A DNA stretch of 42,242 nt from NCBI GenBank assembly GCA_032718475.1, contig JAUCBJ010007741.1, positions 1-42,242 on the forward strand, written 5' to 3'. The first letter of the stretch is position 1. Every line of letters begins with the position of its first letter. A program made the position numbers and the translations under genes. Origin of the DNA: Nemertoderma westbladi (lineage: Eukaryota > Animalia > Xenacoelomorpha). The notes below the pieces were generated by a model that saw only the letters and a program-made list of their open reading frames with translations, ran no database searches and was not told the DNA's origin. This document shows, in pieces, positions 1 to 12,000 of the stretch.

Positions 1-1295
1 AAAAGCTTTTACAGTAACTGTTATTGCAGTTATAATAAATTTATTTATCCAAATTTAAAATGCGTTAAATTATTATTACTGTAGGATAAATCAGCTGTGT
101 TTCTAACAAATTTTGCAATTCTGCATGTACCATGTGTACCGGTACTGTCAGGCTGTACTCAATCCCTGAATCGAGCAATCAGTCAATACTGCAATACTGG
201 TCAACCGGTACCATACACTACAGACATGCCATATCATGCAACCCTTGCGGTGATTATAGTTTAGGCCTAATTCAGTAATTAGCCCAGTACCGGCACCGGT
301 AATAATAATACTGTAATATAGGCCTAATAGTTTAGATAGTTACCGCTAATCATTCAGTCATTGGCACGGTACACCGTATTGCTGTACGGTACTGCCGTTG
401 TAGTGCGCACCGTAGGTACCACCCTGTGGTACCTAAGCTATATACTGTTAGGTATATTGCTGTATTGGGGTGGGGTTAGGAATAATCCATTTGTTTTAGC
501 ATTGAACTGTTGAATCCCCTTATTTATTATAAAACCATTGGAAATATTCGCAAATGCCGCTCCATTACTGTCTGAAACGCTCCCGACAGTCCGATGCTGC
601 GATGTATCTGGACCCGAGCAGCCGAGTTGCTTCAAGAGGTGATTAACGGGGGAATACTACGGAATTGCTTGTTTGTCAGTACGATTCTATTTGGGTATTT
701 ACTACACTCAGACACTGGGAATACGGCGGTTGGTCAGATCGTAATGCGGGCCACTGCCAAGTTCCTCATGCCTCACTCCGGTCACCCACCTTGGAGTGCG
801 GTGGGAAGAGTCCCACTTACTGACTTACGTCGACGACTGGACGAATCGACGAGGATTGCGATCTGGGTTTAGCGGCGGCCCGGATCCTGGGATCGCTGGG
901 GGAAATGGTTGAACGTTGGGAAGACGTTATCGCACTGGATTACGTTCTCTGTGACGCGAAAGTGTGAAGCGACTTTGTTGTCGAATTGGGTCGGAAGCTG
1001 CGGGAATTCTACTGTTCTACGGGAGTAAACCGCAGCGGTCCGGTGACTACGGACGGATACTACTGGGATAAGCAGGTATTTCGATCGAGTTTCTCGTATT
1101 CTCGATGCTCGAGGCGGATAGAGAGTTGGTTGTGTTGGACGGTGTTGTTCAATTCTATCAAACATATTAAATAATTGGTAAAATAATAAAAACACACCAG
1201 ATAAAGATACTGAGCTTATGGTAAAGAGATAGGCCGAACTTACAATTTCCAAATAGATTGTTCATATAATAAATATATTTTTGGTATTTGATTTC

Positions 1296-1555
1296 AAGAT
1301 AGGGGGGGGGGGGGGGGGGGGGCTGGACGCAATAAAAATTCATCCCTCTCCAGGGGAAATTGGACGCAAATAACAGCAGCTGATTTCTCTCAAAAATAAA
1401 ACTGTAACCTGTTCTATTGTGTTTACTTTATTGTTTTGGTTAAAATAACGTGCCACTGTAACCTGCTCCTTTCCCAAAATTGAGAAATTAATATTGAGGC
1501 GGGATATTAATTCGCCAAGATGGGATTTGCGTCCAGTCCCACCCCCTCCTATCTC
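1296..1555. mobile_element. MITE family A, copy 1 (~260 bp)
   Basis: TIRs AGATAGG(G)n..CTGGACGCAA / TTGCGTCCAG..CCTATCT. TSD TTGATTTC(A) at 1288 and 1556. Homologous to 24958-25219. Confidence 0.88.
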
Positions 1556-1639
1556 TTGATTTCACTAAAAAATAGAATACATTACATTTTACTGTTATAA
1601 TTACTGTATTGAATAAAATAATTAATTGATTGTTTATTA

Positions 1640-2020
1640 AACCGTGCTAAGCACGTTGAACTGGAGCTCTAACAATTCCCCACTAGCGGCAGACAGGAAC
1701 TGTAAAAGTCTCTGTAGAATTTATAATTAAGCAATGCTCTTAGGTAACTACTACTAAATTTCAGATGAATCTGATCGTTGGTTCTATAATTACAGCTATT
1801 TTTACGTTTCTGTTAATTCGCCCCCTAGCAGCAGACCGGGGAACTGTAGAAGTCTGTCTGTGTGTAGAATTTCTAAATTTTTTATAGACTACATGTGTAC
1901 CAAGTTTGGTTCCATTTCATCCATGATTGACCGACTTATTAGCGTTCAAACATTCCTGCCACAAACATAGCCAGAGGCAGCCACAAACGAATAAAAGCTG
2001 CAGGAACTCGAGCGATAATT
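1640..2020 (-). mobile_element. DINE/pearl-like non-autonomous element fragment
   Basis: Terminal hairpin CGTGCTAAGCACG, two CTAGC(G/A)GCAGAC cores ~142 bp apart, and the AAACTTGGTACACA motif on the minus strand, shared with 3234. Confidence 0.45.
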
Positions 2021-2428
2021 AATTTATTAATTATTAAATACTGTTTCAATTAAATTATTTACGAAAATGTAGTCATCTTCTTTTAAATATGGACCCTGCA
2101 TTCATGGAAAATATAATATTTGATAATTCAGCAGTCAGCCTACGCTAATTTCACAGCAAAGTCCTTGTCATGGCCTGTGTGTAGTAGGCCATGGTACCAC
2201 CCTACTACCGGCTGAACGCGTGACCGGTGGCAACTAGCACTTCAGCACTTGCACAGCAACAGCACTACCGGCGATACACAGGTTGAAATTTATGTAGAGT
2301 TTGCTCAACAGTACAGATATCAAATAGTTATCTAAATTATATATATTACTATTGACAAGTATTGAAATATATACCGTTATTCGTGTTATCAGTATTTGCA
2401 ACATCTGACATTGAAGAGGTGAGAGAAG

Positions 2429-2760
2429 ATGAATACCGGCACTCAACATAACCAACGCTTATCACAGGTCGGTATGGTTACCTCGAAACCGGCGCGACTG
2501 TCCACTCGAATACAACTTCAAAACACAAACGCCAACAATAAACTGAAAGCGAATCGAACGTCTTCAGAAGAATCTGTCATTGGGACGAAGAAAAGTAAGC
2601 CGAAACCACGGGAATGGACCACAGCTAAGATTGAATGCTCCCATTGTCAGAGTTCCTGGACCGAAATTGAAACACCAATTGCCGATGGGCTTGATCTCTC
2701 AAACCAAAACTTCCTCTGCGGGGTTTGCGCGGCAGTAAAGATTGAAAGTCTGGAAGCTGG
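2429..2760 (+). pseudogene. Truncated zinc-finger ORF resembling the N-terminus of a LINE ORF1 (partial PHD-like)
   Basis: Basic N-terminus, then IECSHCQSSW...NFLCGVC (CxxC...CxxC). Interrupted exactly where the repeat module begins (GCATCCCTAG at 2760, also found at 5605). Confidence 0.5.
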
Positions 2761-3570
2761 CATCCCTAGGTATTATTATTATAAAGAGCGTCAGCCTGCG
2801 TTTAATAAATATATTTTAATACAAAACAGGTCGAACGCAAAAAGGCTTATAATGAAGACGAGTACTGCATTGATTATTTCCTATAAACCTGGCTTTGCAT
2901 ATTGAACGTGCGTTTGGAAATAAGTTCGTGCTACCCTTCCGTGGGTGGTAGATGTCGCGGTTATGTATTGGTGGTTGGGAAGGGTGGGGGGGGGGGGGGT
3001 GCAGATTAAAAGGGGTGAACACGTGCTGTCCCCCTTTCTTTGATTAATTGGTGGTGTGGGTTAATCTCTCATAACCTGATTTTGTGATACAGTCGCACAA
3101 TTTTAATTTGTATCTCATAACTGGTAACTGGGTCTCGTGCTGCGCGAAGGCCCCACGAACGTGTCGTTCTGTCGTTCTGTCGCGTTCAATTTTAAACGTT
3201 AATAACTCGGCCAATCTTTGATGAAATCTATCCAAACTTGGTACACATGTTGTTTGGCAAAAGTTTAGAAATTTTCCAAGTAGAATTTCCGTGTGGCCTT
3301 CGAGAAGCTAAGATAATAGCAGTTAATTAGTTAATTAAGTTGATTACGGTAAAAACACCATTTTCAACCTGCCTTTTAAAGGAAATTAATTGTTTTACAG
3401 TATAAGATTTAAATAATTATAATAAAAAATTATGCAGATGTAATCCACATACGCCATTCTATTATAGTTTTTAATTAGTTCAAGTGATTTGCTTTAATAA
3501 TTGTGTCTTTAATTGATCTAAAGTAATTAAAACGGCAAAAAAAATTGATTCTCATTAAATACTGATCATT
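2760..3570 (+). repeat. Locally repeated TE-derived module, copy 1
   Basis: Near-identical to 4060-4858; its first ~400 bp also match 5606-6006. Contains CGTGCTGCGCGAAGGCCCCAC, shared with the element end at 16318. Confidence 0.85.
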
Positions 3571-4059
3571 ATTGGTTAACATCCAAGTTGGCTCGGTGCT
3601 GGTATATAGGATAGGAAGGATGTTTGGTGTGTGTAGAACAGCCAGTGCTCGTCAATGGGAATGCGAATGTAAGTAACCACATGTGTACAGGCCGGTAGAC
3701 AGATTGGCCATAGCTAGCTAACGAGATGGAAATCTGAATTCCCTACTATTCAGTCTATTATTGTGTTATTGTGTGTTAAACAGATCTCATTTAATAAATG
3801 TCAGTCAATAACATTTTACCACTGCAGAAGGCTTTATATCCATACTTGTTTTTTCCTCATAAATATTGGGCTTATTATTTTTTGATGGGATTTCTTTGTA
3901 GTTGAATTGTCTAAGTTTTTACACTGAGGCATTAACAGAGGGTACTGGTATTAAATTAATTATTTGAATATCATTACTGCATCGACTGCATTTAGTACTG
4001 CGTTCTGCATTGATTATATTCCTATAAACCATTCCTGGTTTCGCATATTGCACGTATCC

Positions 4060-4858
4060 ATAGTTATAAAGATTGCCAGTCTGCGTTTAGGAAATATATT
4101 TAAATACAAAACAGGACGAGCGCAACGACGCTTATAATAATTAAGACGAGTACGGCGTTGATTATATTCCTATACACCACCTGGCTTTGCATATTGAACG
4201 TGCGATTGGAAATAAGTTCGTTCTACCCTTCCGTGGGTGGTAGATGTCGCGGTTATGTATTGGTGGTTGGGAAGGGTGGGGGGGGGGGGGGTGGAGAGAT
4301 TAAAAGGGGTGAACACGTACTGTCCCCCTTTCTTGGATTGATTGGTGGTGTGGGTAAATTTCTCAAAACCTGATTTTGTGATACAGTCGCTCAATTTTAA
4401 TTTGTATCTCATAACTGGGCCTCGTGCTGCGCGAAGGCCCCACGAACGTGTCGTTCTGTCGTTCTGTCGTGTTCAATTTTAAACGTTAATAACTCGGCCA
4501 ATCTTTGATGAAATCTATCCAAACTTGGTACACATGTTGTTTGGCAAAAGTTTAGAAATTTTCCAAGTAGAATTTCCGTGTGGCCTTCGAGAAGCTAAGA
4601 TAATAGCAGTTAATTAGTTAATTAAGTTGATTACGGTAAAAACACCATTTTCAACCTGCCTTTTAAAGGAAATTAATTGTTTTACAGTATAAGATTTAAA
4701 TAATTATACTTAAAAATTATACAGATGTAATCCACATACGCCATTCTATTATAGTTTTTAATTAGTTCAAGTGATTTGCTTTAATAATTGTGTCTTTAAT
4801 TGATCTAAAGTAATTAAAACGTCATAAAAAATTGATTCTCATTAAATACTGCTCATTT
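4060..4858 (+). repeat. Locally repeated TE-derived module, copy 2
   Basis: Direct alignment with copy 1 by eye. Confidence 0.85.
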
Positions 4859-5449
4859 ATTGGCCAACATGCTGGTACATAGATGGAAGGATGTGTTTAA
4901 GGCAGCCAGTTGCTGGGAATGATTATTGGTCAAGTCTCTGCTGGTGTGGAGCTAGCTGGCTTGGAGTTGTGGCTGTAGACTAACCAGAGAGGAATTGTAA
5001 CTGTAGGCAACCAGTATTGCTATTCCAGCCCAGACAGCATTCTTTCAACATCCCAACATCCTTCCTGTATTGACTCTACTATAAGTGTTGTATTGCTATC
5101 TCAGGTAAATGACAGATATAATAACATAAATACCATCCATGGCATGGCTGTTGTAGGCTTCTGAAATAGTTTATTCCACAATGTATATGTCTGGTTATTT
5201 TTTAATTGAATTTTTGCAAAGTAGTAAAATTAATGTTCTTAAAAATAATATTATTATTTTATATGTAACCTAGGAAATTAGCTACATTTTTTCGCTGCAG
5301 CTTTAAGAGTGTACATTGATTTAATATTATTTCAATACCCATATTACTACATCGGCATAAGATGCGTTGGCGTTGTATCACACATCTCCACATATCACAC
5401 ATCTCCACATAGATGTATCAACAGTTACTCGCACAGTTTCGAAACTTCG

Positions 5450-6055
5450 CATAGTTATAACTGTATAAAGATCGTCAGTCTGCGTTTAGGAAAAATATTT
5501 TATGACAAAACAGGACAAGCGACGAGCGCAACGAGGCATATAATGAAGACGAGTACTGCGTTGACTAAATTATTATATAAACCACCTGGCTTCACATATT
5601 GATCGCATCCCTAGTTATTATTATTATAAAGATCGTCCTAGCCTGCGTTTAAGAAATATATTTAAATACAAAACAGGACGAACGCAAAGAGGCTTATAAT
5701 GAAAACGAGTACTGCGTTTATTATATTCCTATAAACCACCTGGCTTTGCATATTTAACGTGCGATTGGAAATAAGTTCGTGCTACCCTTCCGTGGGTGGT
5801 AGATGTCGCGGTTATGTATTGGTGGTTGGGAAGGGTGGTGGGGGGGGGGGGGGATTAAAAGGGGTGAACACGTACTGTCCCCCTTTCTTTGATTGATTGG
5901 TGGTGTGGGTAAATTTCTCAAAACCTGATTTTGTGATACAGTCGCTCAATTTTAATTTGTATCTAATAACTGGGCCTCGTGCTGCGCGAAGGCCCCACGA
6001 ACGTGTACTCACTGCAAGACCATCTAAATAACATTATCGTTCCAACACTTCTAGT
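5450..6055 (+). repeat. Module copy 3, with an extra ~155-bp subrepeat and a Helitron-like CTAGT end
   Basis: 5450-5605 and 5606-5755 are tandem diverged subrepeats. Matches copies 1 and 2 up to GAACGTGT (6006), then ends ...ACACTTCTAGT at 6055. Confidence 0.75.
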
Positions 6056-6746
6056 AGGCCTATGCAGTAAAACCAAAGTTCCACCATCCATCTGACATTG
6101 AATTCACATTTCTCCGGAGGTCGTGCGTGCGATGCATGCGTGCGTGCGATATCCGCATGGGGACCAGGCTGCCAGGTGCCAGGGCAGTTTTCGTTTCGGA
6201 ACGAATCCAGGAATGCTTTAACCTGTTAAAAGAACTAGCCACCGTCCGCAGTAGCCCGGGCGCCACTCTGCCGTCAGCCTTGTATCCTTAAATGGTAGCT
6301 AAATGTGTTACCTCTGGGGAGTACGGTCAGACTGTCAGACGGTATAGTTGATAGTTCTGTGGGTACCTACCGCTACCAGCCTACCGCACTGGAAATAAGT
6401 CGTCGGACTTTGTGTGTAATCCAGTAATCCCCGGCCTACCCTAAATGTCTGAAGAAAAACTTTACTTTAGTCTACGTCTACTTGTCAGCTTGTGTATAAT
6501 AATATAAATAATTTTGTCAAAAAATGCAGGTTTTATTTAAAGAAAAGAGGGGATAGGCTACGGCAGCCTACTAAACTGTAAGAACTAAGGTTTTCGTGGG
6601 TTCATCTGACATTCTAACTCTAAGTAAGTGATTACCATTGTTTATTACTCCTTTATTATTATATTACAGCATAGGCTAGGCCTATTGTGTGTTGTTTGGA
6701 TCTGGGAATATAATTTATTTGTCAGAGTCATAAAATTGTATCAATC

Positions 6747-8969
6747 ATGGGTTCAAAATACATAATAAAGAGCAACAAAACGTCTTCAACAAACAAAGAA
6801 TCATGGAATTTTTTCAGCAATATTAAATCATATTCCCCAAGAATTTACGGCATCATATTCCTATCCATTATATTCGCATCCCTCCATTCCCTACACATTT
6901 ACACGCTATTCGAGAACGACACGCACTTCTCGCATCTATCCAACCTGGAACGAGAGATGACCTTCCGCACAGAGAAGGGCCTCTACTACTCCTACTACAA
7001 ACGAATGGCCGTGGAATCCGAGAGTTTGATCGATGGACTCCACAGCCTAATGAATGACAACTTAACCGAATTTCCGTCGACAATAAACACGTTGAGACGA
7101 TTCAACATCTACCCGGAGATCGCGCTAGCAACGGGGTTCCGTTTACTGCGTTCCTTCGCGGAACGCTACGAGTGGAACAGTCGGGTTTGCTTCCGAGTCG
7201 ACCGGGGGGCCGGATTGACTCCGGTGGAGAGTTGCGAGGGCCTCGGGGACCCCATGTACTTCTACGTGTACAGCGTGTTGGCGCTCAACGGGGCGCTTCT
7301 TGGTGTGCTTGTCGCGAGCTCCTCGTTTCTGGGCGACTCCATGCTGAGTGGCTGCGTCACCGCGGCCGCCTTCTTCTTCAACCACGGCCACGTGACCCGC
7401 GTCATGTGGTCCGTCTCCCTACGGGAGTCTCACGCCTTCCCCGCCTTCGTCGCTCAATGTCTCGCTACTTCTCGTCTCCTCGTTGCGATCGACCCCGACC
7501 CCCTCCGCTACGGATTAGCGATCGGTGCCGCCACCGTCTGGTTTATTCTCTCTTGGCAGTTCGCCCAATTCGCTTTACTAACTCAACTAATTTCCGTAAC
7601 CGGAACTTTCGCTCTGCTTTATTTGCCGGAGCGAAACTTTCGGATATTCTTATCGAGTTTATCCGCCGCCTACTTCATCTCTTATCTTCTTCTCTTCGGT
7701 AACGAGATGCTCCTAACTTCCCTTCTCTTCTCCGCCCTCCAGGCAGTCTGGCTCATCGCGCTTCTCTCCCCCCGGTTTATCCGCCGTTTCCACCCCGTCG
7801 TCGTTTTCGCTATTCAACTCCTCGGCGGAGGAATCTCTCTCGTCGGGTTTAAACTTCTCGCCTCGTCGATGTTTAAATCGGACGACGACAGCCACATCGT
7901 GGACATCTTCCGCTCCAAGTTCGGCTCGTTTCGGGACTTTCACACGAGTTTGTACACGTGTTCGCGCGAGTTCGACTTCCTGGACTGGGACTCGATTCGC
8001 GAGACGTCCGAAACCGGCTTGATTCCGGTGGCGTTATTCGCGTTGATTGTCGTCTTCGCGAAAATACTCTGGAGGTTAATGAGAAACCCCGAGAAAATAA
8101 ATAAAAGTAAAAAGGAGACGGAAAATAAACCCGTAAAATCTTTTAAAAATAAAAGTAACAAAAAACTCAAAGACTTAGCGGCCGAGTTCAGCCAATCAGG
8201 TGCTAGTGACTCGTCTCTGGGTCCATCGTTGCCTAGACAACCGCATATGGACGCAGACCTGGTTTACAACTCCTTCCAACTCGTGTTCTTTGCGTTCCTC
8301 GCTACGCTCATTATGAGATTGAAGTTGTTCCTGAATCCGTGGCTCTGCGTTTTCGTCGGACTGTCTGTAAGTCCGCGTCTCCTCCCGTGGTTGCCCGCTC
8401 CTCGTTGGCTCTCCGCGCCTCGCTTCGCTCTCTCCGTCGTCCTCCTCTCCGCGATGGCCGTCCGCGGCGTCCCCAGACTCACCAAGCAGTGGTCCCATCT
8501 GGGCGAGTTCTCCGCGCCCCACCAGGAGGCGCTGTACGAGTGGATAGAGTCTGCGACCCCCGTGGACGCGGTGTTCGCGGGCCCCATGCCGACGATGGCC
8601 AACGTGCTGCTGTCGACGCGACGCCCGGTCGTGGACCACCCGCACTACGAGGACGCGGGGCTCCGGGACCGCGTGAAGCGGGTCTACGCGGTGGGGAGTC
8701 GACGCACGGCGGCCGAGGTGCGGGACTCGTTGGAGGCGATGGGGGTGGACCTCCTCGTGGTGGAGGCCAACTGGTGCGTGGACCGGTCCGACGGCTGCGG
8801 GATCCCCAACTTCTTCGATCTCGAGGAGCCGCAGCTGAGAGACCGACCGCCGCTCTGCGTTGTTCTACAAACCAAACCGGAACCATTCACTCTGGTGTTT
8901 AAGAACCCCAAGTACAGCGTCTACAACGTCAATAATAAAAATAAACGTAAACTAAAACTAAAAAATTAG
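6747..8969 (+). CDS. DPY19L1: Dpy-19-like protein tryptophan C-mannosyltransferase (DPY19/DPY19L1 clade), single-exon CDS, 740 aa
   Basis: Uninterrupted ATG-to-TAG ORF with many TM segments and family motifs: LFENDTHFSHLSNLEREMTFRTExGLYYSYYK, INTLRRFNIYPE, SCEGLGDP, TRVMWxxxLRES, WQFAQF, FHTSLYTCxxEFDF, IMRLKLFL, AGPMPTMANV, HPHYEDAGLR. Lys-rich C-terminus. Confidence 0.93.
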   Translation: MGSKYIIKSNKTSSTNKESWNFFSNIKSYSPRIYGIIFLSIIFASLHSLHIYTLFENDTHFSHLSNLEREMTFRTEKGLYYSYYKRMAVESESLIDGLHSLMNDNLTEFPSTINTLRRFNIYPEIALATGFRLLRSFAERYEWNSRVCFRVDRGAGLTPVESCEGLGDPMYFYVYSVLALNGALLGVLVASSSFLGDSMLSGCVTAAAFFFNHGHVTRVMWSVSLRESHAFPAFVAQCLATSRLLVAIDPDPLRYGLAIGAATVWFILSWQFAQFALLTQLISVTGTFALLYLPERNFRIFLSSLSAAYFISYLLLFGNEMLLTSLLFSALQAVWLIALLSPRFIRRFHPVVVFAIQLLGGGISLVGFKLLASSMFKSDDDSHIVDIFRSKFGSFRDFHTSLYTCSREFDFLDWDSIRETSETGLIPVALFALIVVFAKILWRLMRNPEKINKSKKETENKPVKSFKNKSNKKLKDLAAEFSQSGASDSSLGPSLPRQPHMDADLVYNSFQLVFFAFLATLIMRLKLFLNPWLCVFVGLSVSPRLLPWLPAPRWLSAPRFALSVVLLSAMAVRGVPRLTKQWSHLGEFSAPHQEALYEWIESATPVDAVFAGPMPTMANVLLSTRRPVVDHPHYEDAGLRDRVKRVYAVGSRRTAAEVRDSLEAMGVDLLVVEANWCVDRSDGCGIPNFFDLEEPQLRDRPPLCVVLQTKPEPFTLVFKNPKYSVYNVNNKNKRKLKLKN

Positions 8970-9004
8970 TTGGAGATGAATTTATTCCTAGTTTTATAAT
9001 TTAT

Positions 9005-9010
9005 AATAAA
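9005..9010 (+). terminator. Candidate AATAAA polyadenylation signal of the DPY19-like gene
   Basis: AATAAA starts 36 nt after the stop codon and lies before the 37-bp satellite. The hexamer is common in AT-rich DNA, so this is weak alone. Confidence 0.4.
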
Positions 9011-9092
9011 GGCCAAGTTGACTTGATCTTTACAATAATATCTAATCGCCTTATCGAAAATGATATATATTTTCTATATAGGAAACTCTTAG

Positions 9093-12000
9093 AACTTCTA
9101 CTCGGTACCTACCACACCACTGTTCCACCAACTTCTACTCGCTACCTACCACACCACTGTTCCACCAACTTCTACTCGCTACCTACCACACCACTGTTCC
9201 ACCAACTTCTACTCGCTACCTACCACACCACTGTTCCATCAACTTCTACTCGCTACCTACCACACCACGGTTCCACCAACTTCTACTCGCTACCTACCAC
9301 ACCACTGTTCCACCAACTTCTACTCGCTACCTACCACACCACTGTTCCACCAACTTCTACTCGCTACCTACCACACCACGGTTCCACCAACTTCTACTCG
9401 CTACCTACCACACCACTGTTCCACCAACTTCTACTCGCTACCTACCACACCACTGTTCCACCAACTTCTACTCGCTACCTACCACACCACTGTTCCATCA
9501 ACTTCTACTCGCTACCTACCACACCACTGTTCCACCAACTTCTACTCGCTACCTACACACCACTGTTCCACCAACTTCTACTCGCTACCTACCACACCAC
9601 TGTTCCACCAACTTCTACTCGCTACCTACCACACCTCTGTTCCACCAACTTCTACTCGGTACCTACCACACCGCCCTTCCACCAACTTCTACTCTCTACC
9701 TACCACACCACTGTTCCACCAACTTCTACTCGCTACCTACCACACCACTGTTCCACCAACTTCTACTCGCTACCTACCACACCACTGTTCCGCCAACTTC
9801 TACTCGCTACCTACCACACCACGGTTCTACCAACTTCTACTCGCTACCTACCACACCACTGTTCCACCAACTTCTACTCGCTACCTACCACACCACTGTT
9901 CCACCAACTTCTACTCGCTACCTACCACACCACTGTTCCACCAACTTCTACTCGCTACCTACCACACCGCTGTTCCACCAACTTCTACTCGCTACCTACC
10001 ACACCACTGTTCCACCAACTTCTACTCGCTACCTACCACACCACTGTTCCACCAACTTCTACTCGCTACCTACCACACCACTGTTCCACCAACTTCTACT
10101 CGCTACCTACCACACCACTGTTCCACCAACTTCTACTCGCTACCTACCACACCACTGTTCCACCAACTTCTACTCGCTACCTACCACACCACTGTTCCAC
10201 CAACTTCTACTCGCTACCTACCACACCACTGTTCCACCAACTTCTACTCGCTACCTACCACACCACTGTTCCACCAACTTCTACTCGCTACCTACCACAC
10301 CACTGTTCCACCAACTTCTACTCGCTACCTACCACACCACTGTTCCACCAACTTCTACTCGCTACCTACCACACCGCTGTTCCACCAACTTCTACTCGCT
10401 ACCTACCACACCACTGTTCCACCAACTTCTACTCGCTACCTACCACACCACTGTTCCACCAACTTCTACTCGCTACCTACCACACCACTGTTCCACCAAC
10501 TTCTACTCGCTACCTACCACACCACTGTTCTACCAATTTCTACTCGCTACCTACCACACCACTGTTCCACAAACTTCTACTCGCTACCTACCACACCACT
10601 GTTCCACCAACTTCTACTCGCTACCAACCACGCCACTGTTCCACCAACTTCTACTCGCTACCTACCACACCACTGTTCCACCACCTTCTACTCACAACCT
10701 ACCACACCACTGTTCCACCAACTTCTACTCAATACCTACCACACCACTGTTCCATAAACTTATACTCGCTACCTACACACCACGGTTCCACCAACTTCTA
10801 CTCGCTACCTACCACACCACTGTTCCACCAACTTCTACTCGCTACCTACACACCACTGTTCCACCAACTTCTACTCGCTACCTACCACACCACTGTTCCA
10901 CCAACTTCTACTCGCTACCTACCACACCGCTGTTCCACCAACTTCTACTCGCTACCTACCACACCACTGTTCCACCAATTTATACTCGCTACCTATCACA
11001 CCACTGTTCCACCAACTTCTACTCGCTACCTACCACACCACTGTTCCACCAACTTCTACTCGCTACCTACCACACCTCTGTTCCACCAACTTCTACTCGC
11101 TACCTACCACACCACGGTTCCACCAACTTCTACTCGCTACCTACCACACCACTGTTCCACCAACTTCTACTCGCTACCTACCACACCACTGTTCCACCAA
11201 CTTCTACTCGCTACCTACCACACCGCTGTTCCACCAACTTCTACTCGCTACCTACCACACCACTGTTCCACCAACTTCTACTCGCTACCTACCACACCAC
11301 TGTTCCACCAACTTCTACTCGCTACCTACCACACCACTGTTCCACCAACTTATACTCGCTACCTACCACACCACTGTTCCACCAACTTCTACTCGCTACC
11401 TACCACACCACTGTTCCACCAACTTCTACTCGCTACCTACCACACCACGGTTCCACCAACTTCTACTCGCTACCTACCACACCACTGTTCCACCAACTTC
11501 TACTCGCTACCTACCACACCACTGTTCCACCAACTTCTACTCGCTACCTACACACCACTGTTCCACCAACTTCTACTCGCTACCTACCACACCACTGTTC
11601 CACCAACTTGTACTCGCTACCTACACACCACTGTTCCACCAACTTCTACTCGCTACCTACCACACCACTGTTCCACCAACTTCTACTCGCTACCTACCAC
11701 ACCGCTGTTCCACCAACTTCTACTCGCTACCTACCACACCACTGTTCCACCAATTTATACTCGCTACCTATCACACCACTGTTCCACCAACTTCTACTCG
11801 CTACCTACCACACCACTGTTCCACCAACTTCTACTCGCTACCTACCACACCTCTGTTCCACCAACTTCTACTCGCTACCTACCACACCACGGTTCCACCA
11901 ACTTCTACTCGCTACCTACCACACCACTGTTCCACCAACTTCTACTCGCTACCTACCACACCACTGTTCCACCAACTTCTACTCGCTACCTACACACCAC

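Noticed and set aside
2816-6012. Repeated short minus-strand ORFs with poly-Pro
   Set aside because: They arise from the G-tract in the triplicated repeat module, and the frames differ between copies.
6868-8911. Overlapping alternative and antisense ORFs in DPY19
   Set aside because: Expected shadows of a GC-rich CDS; Arg/Pro/Gly-rich and without motifs.
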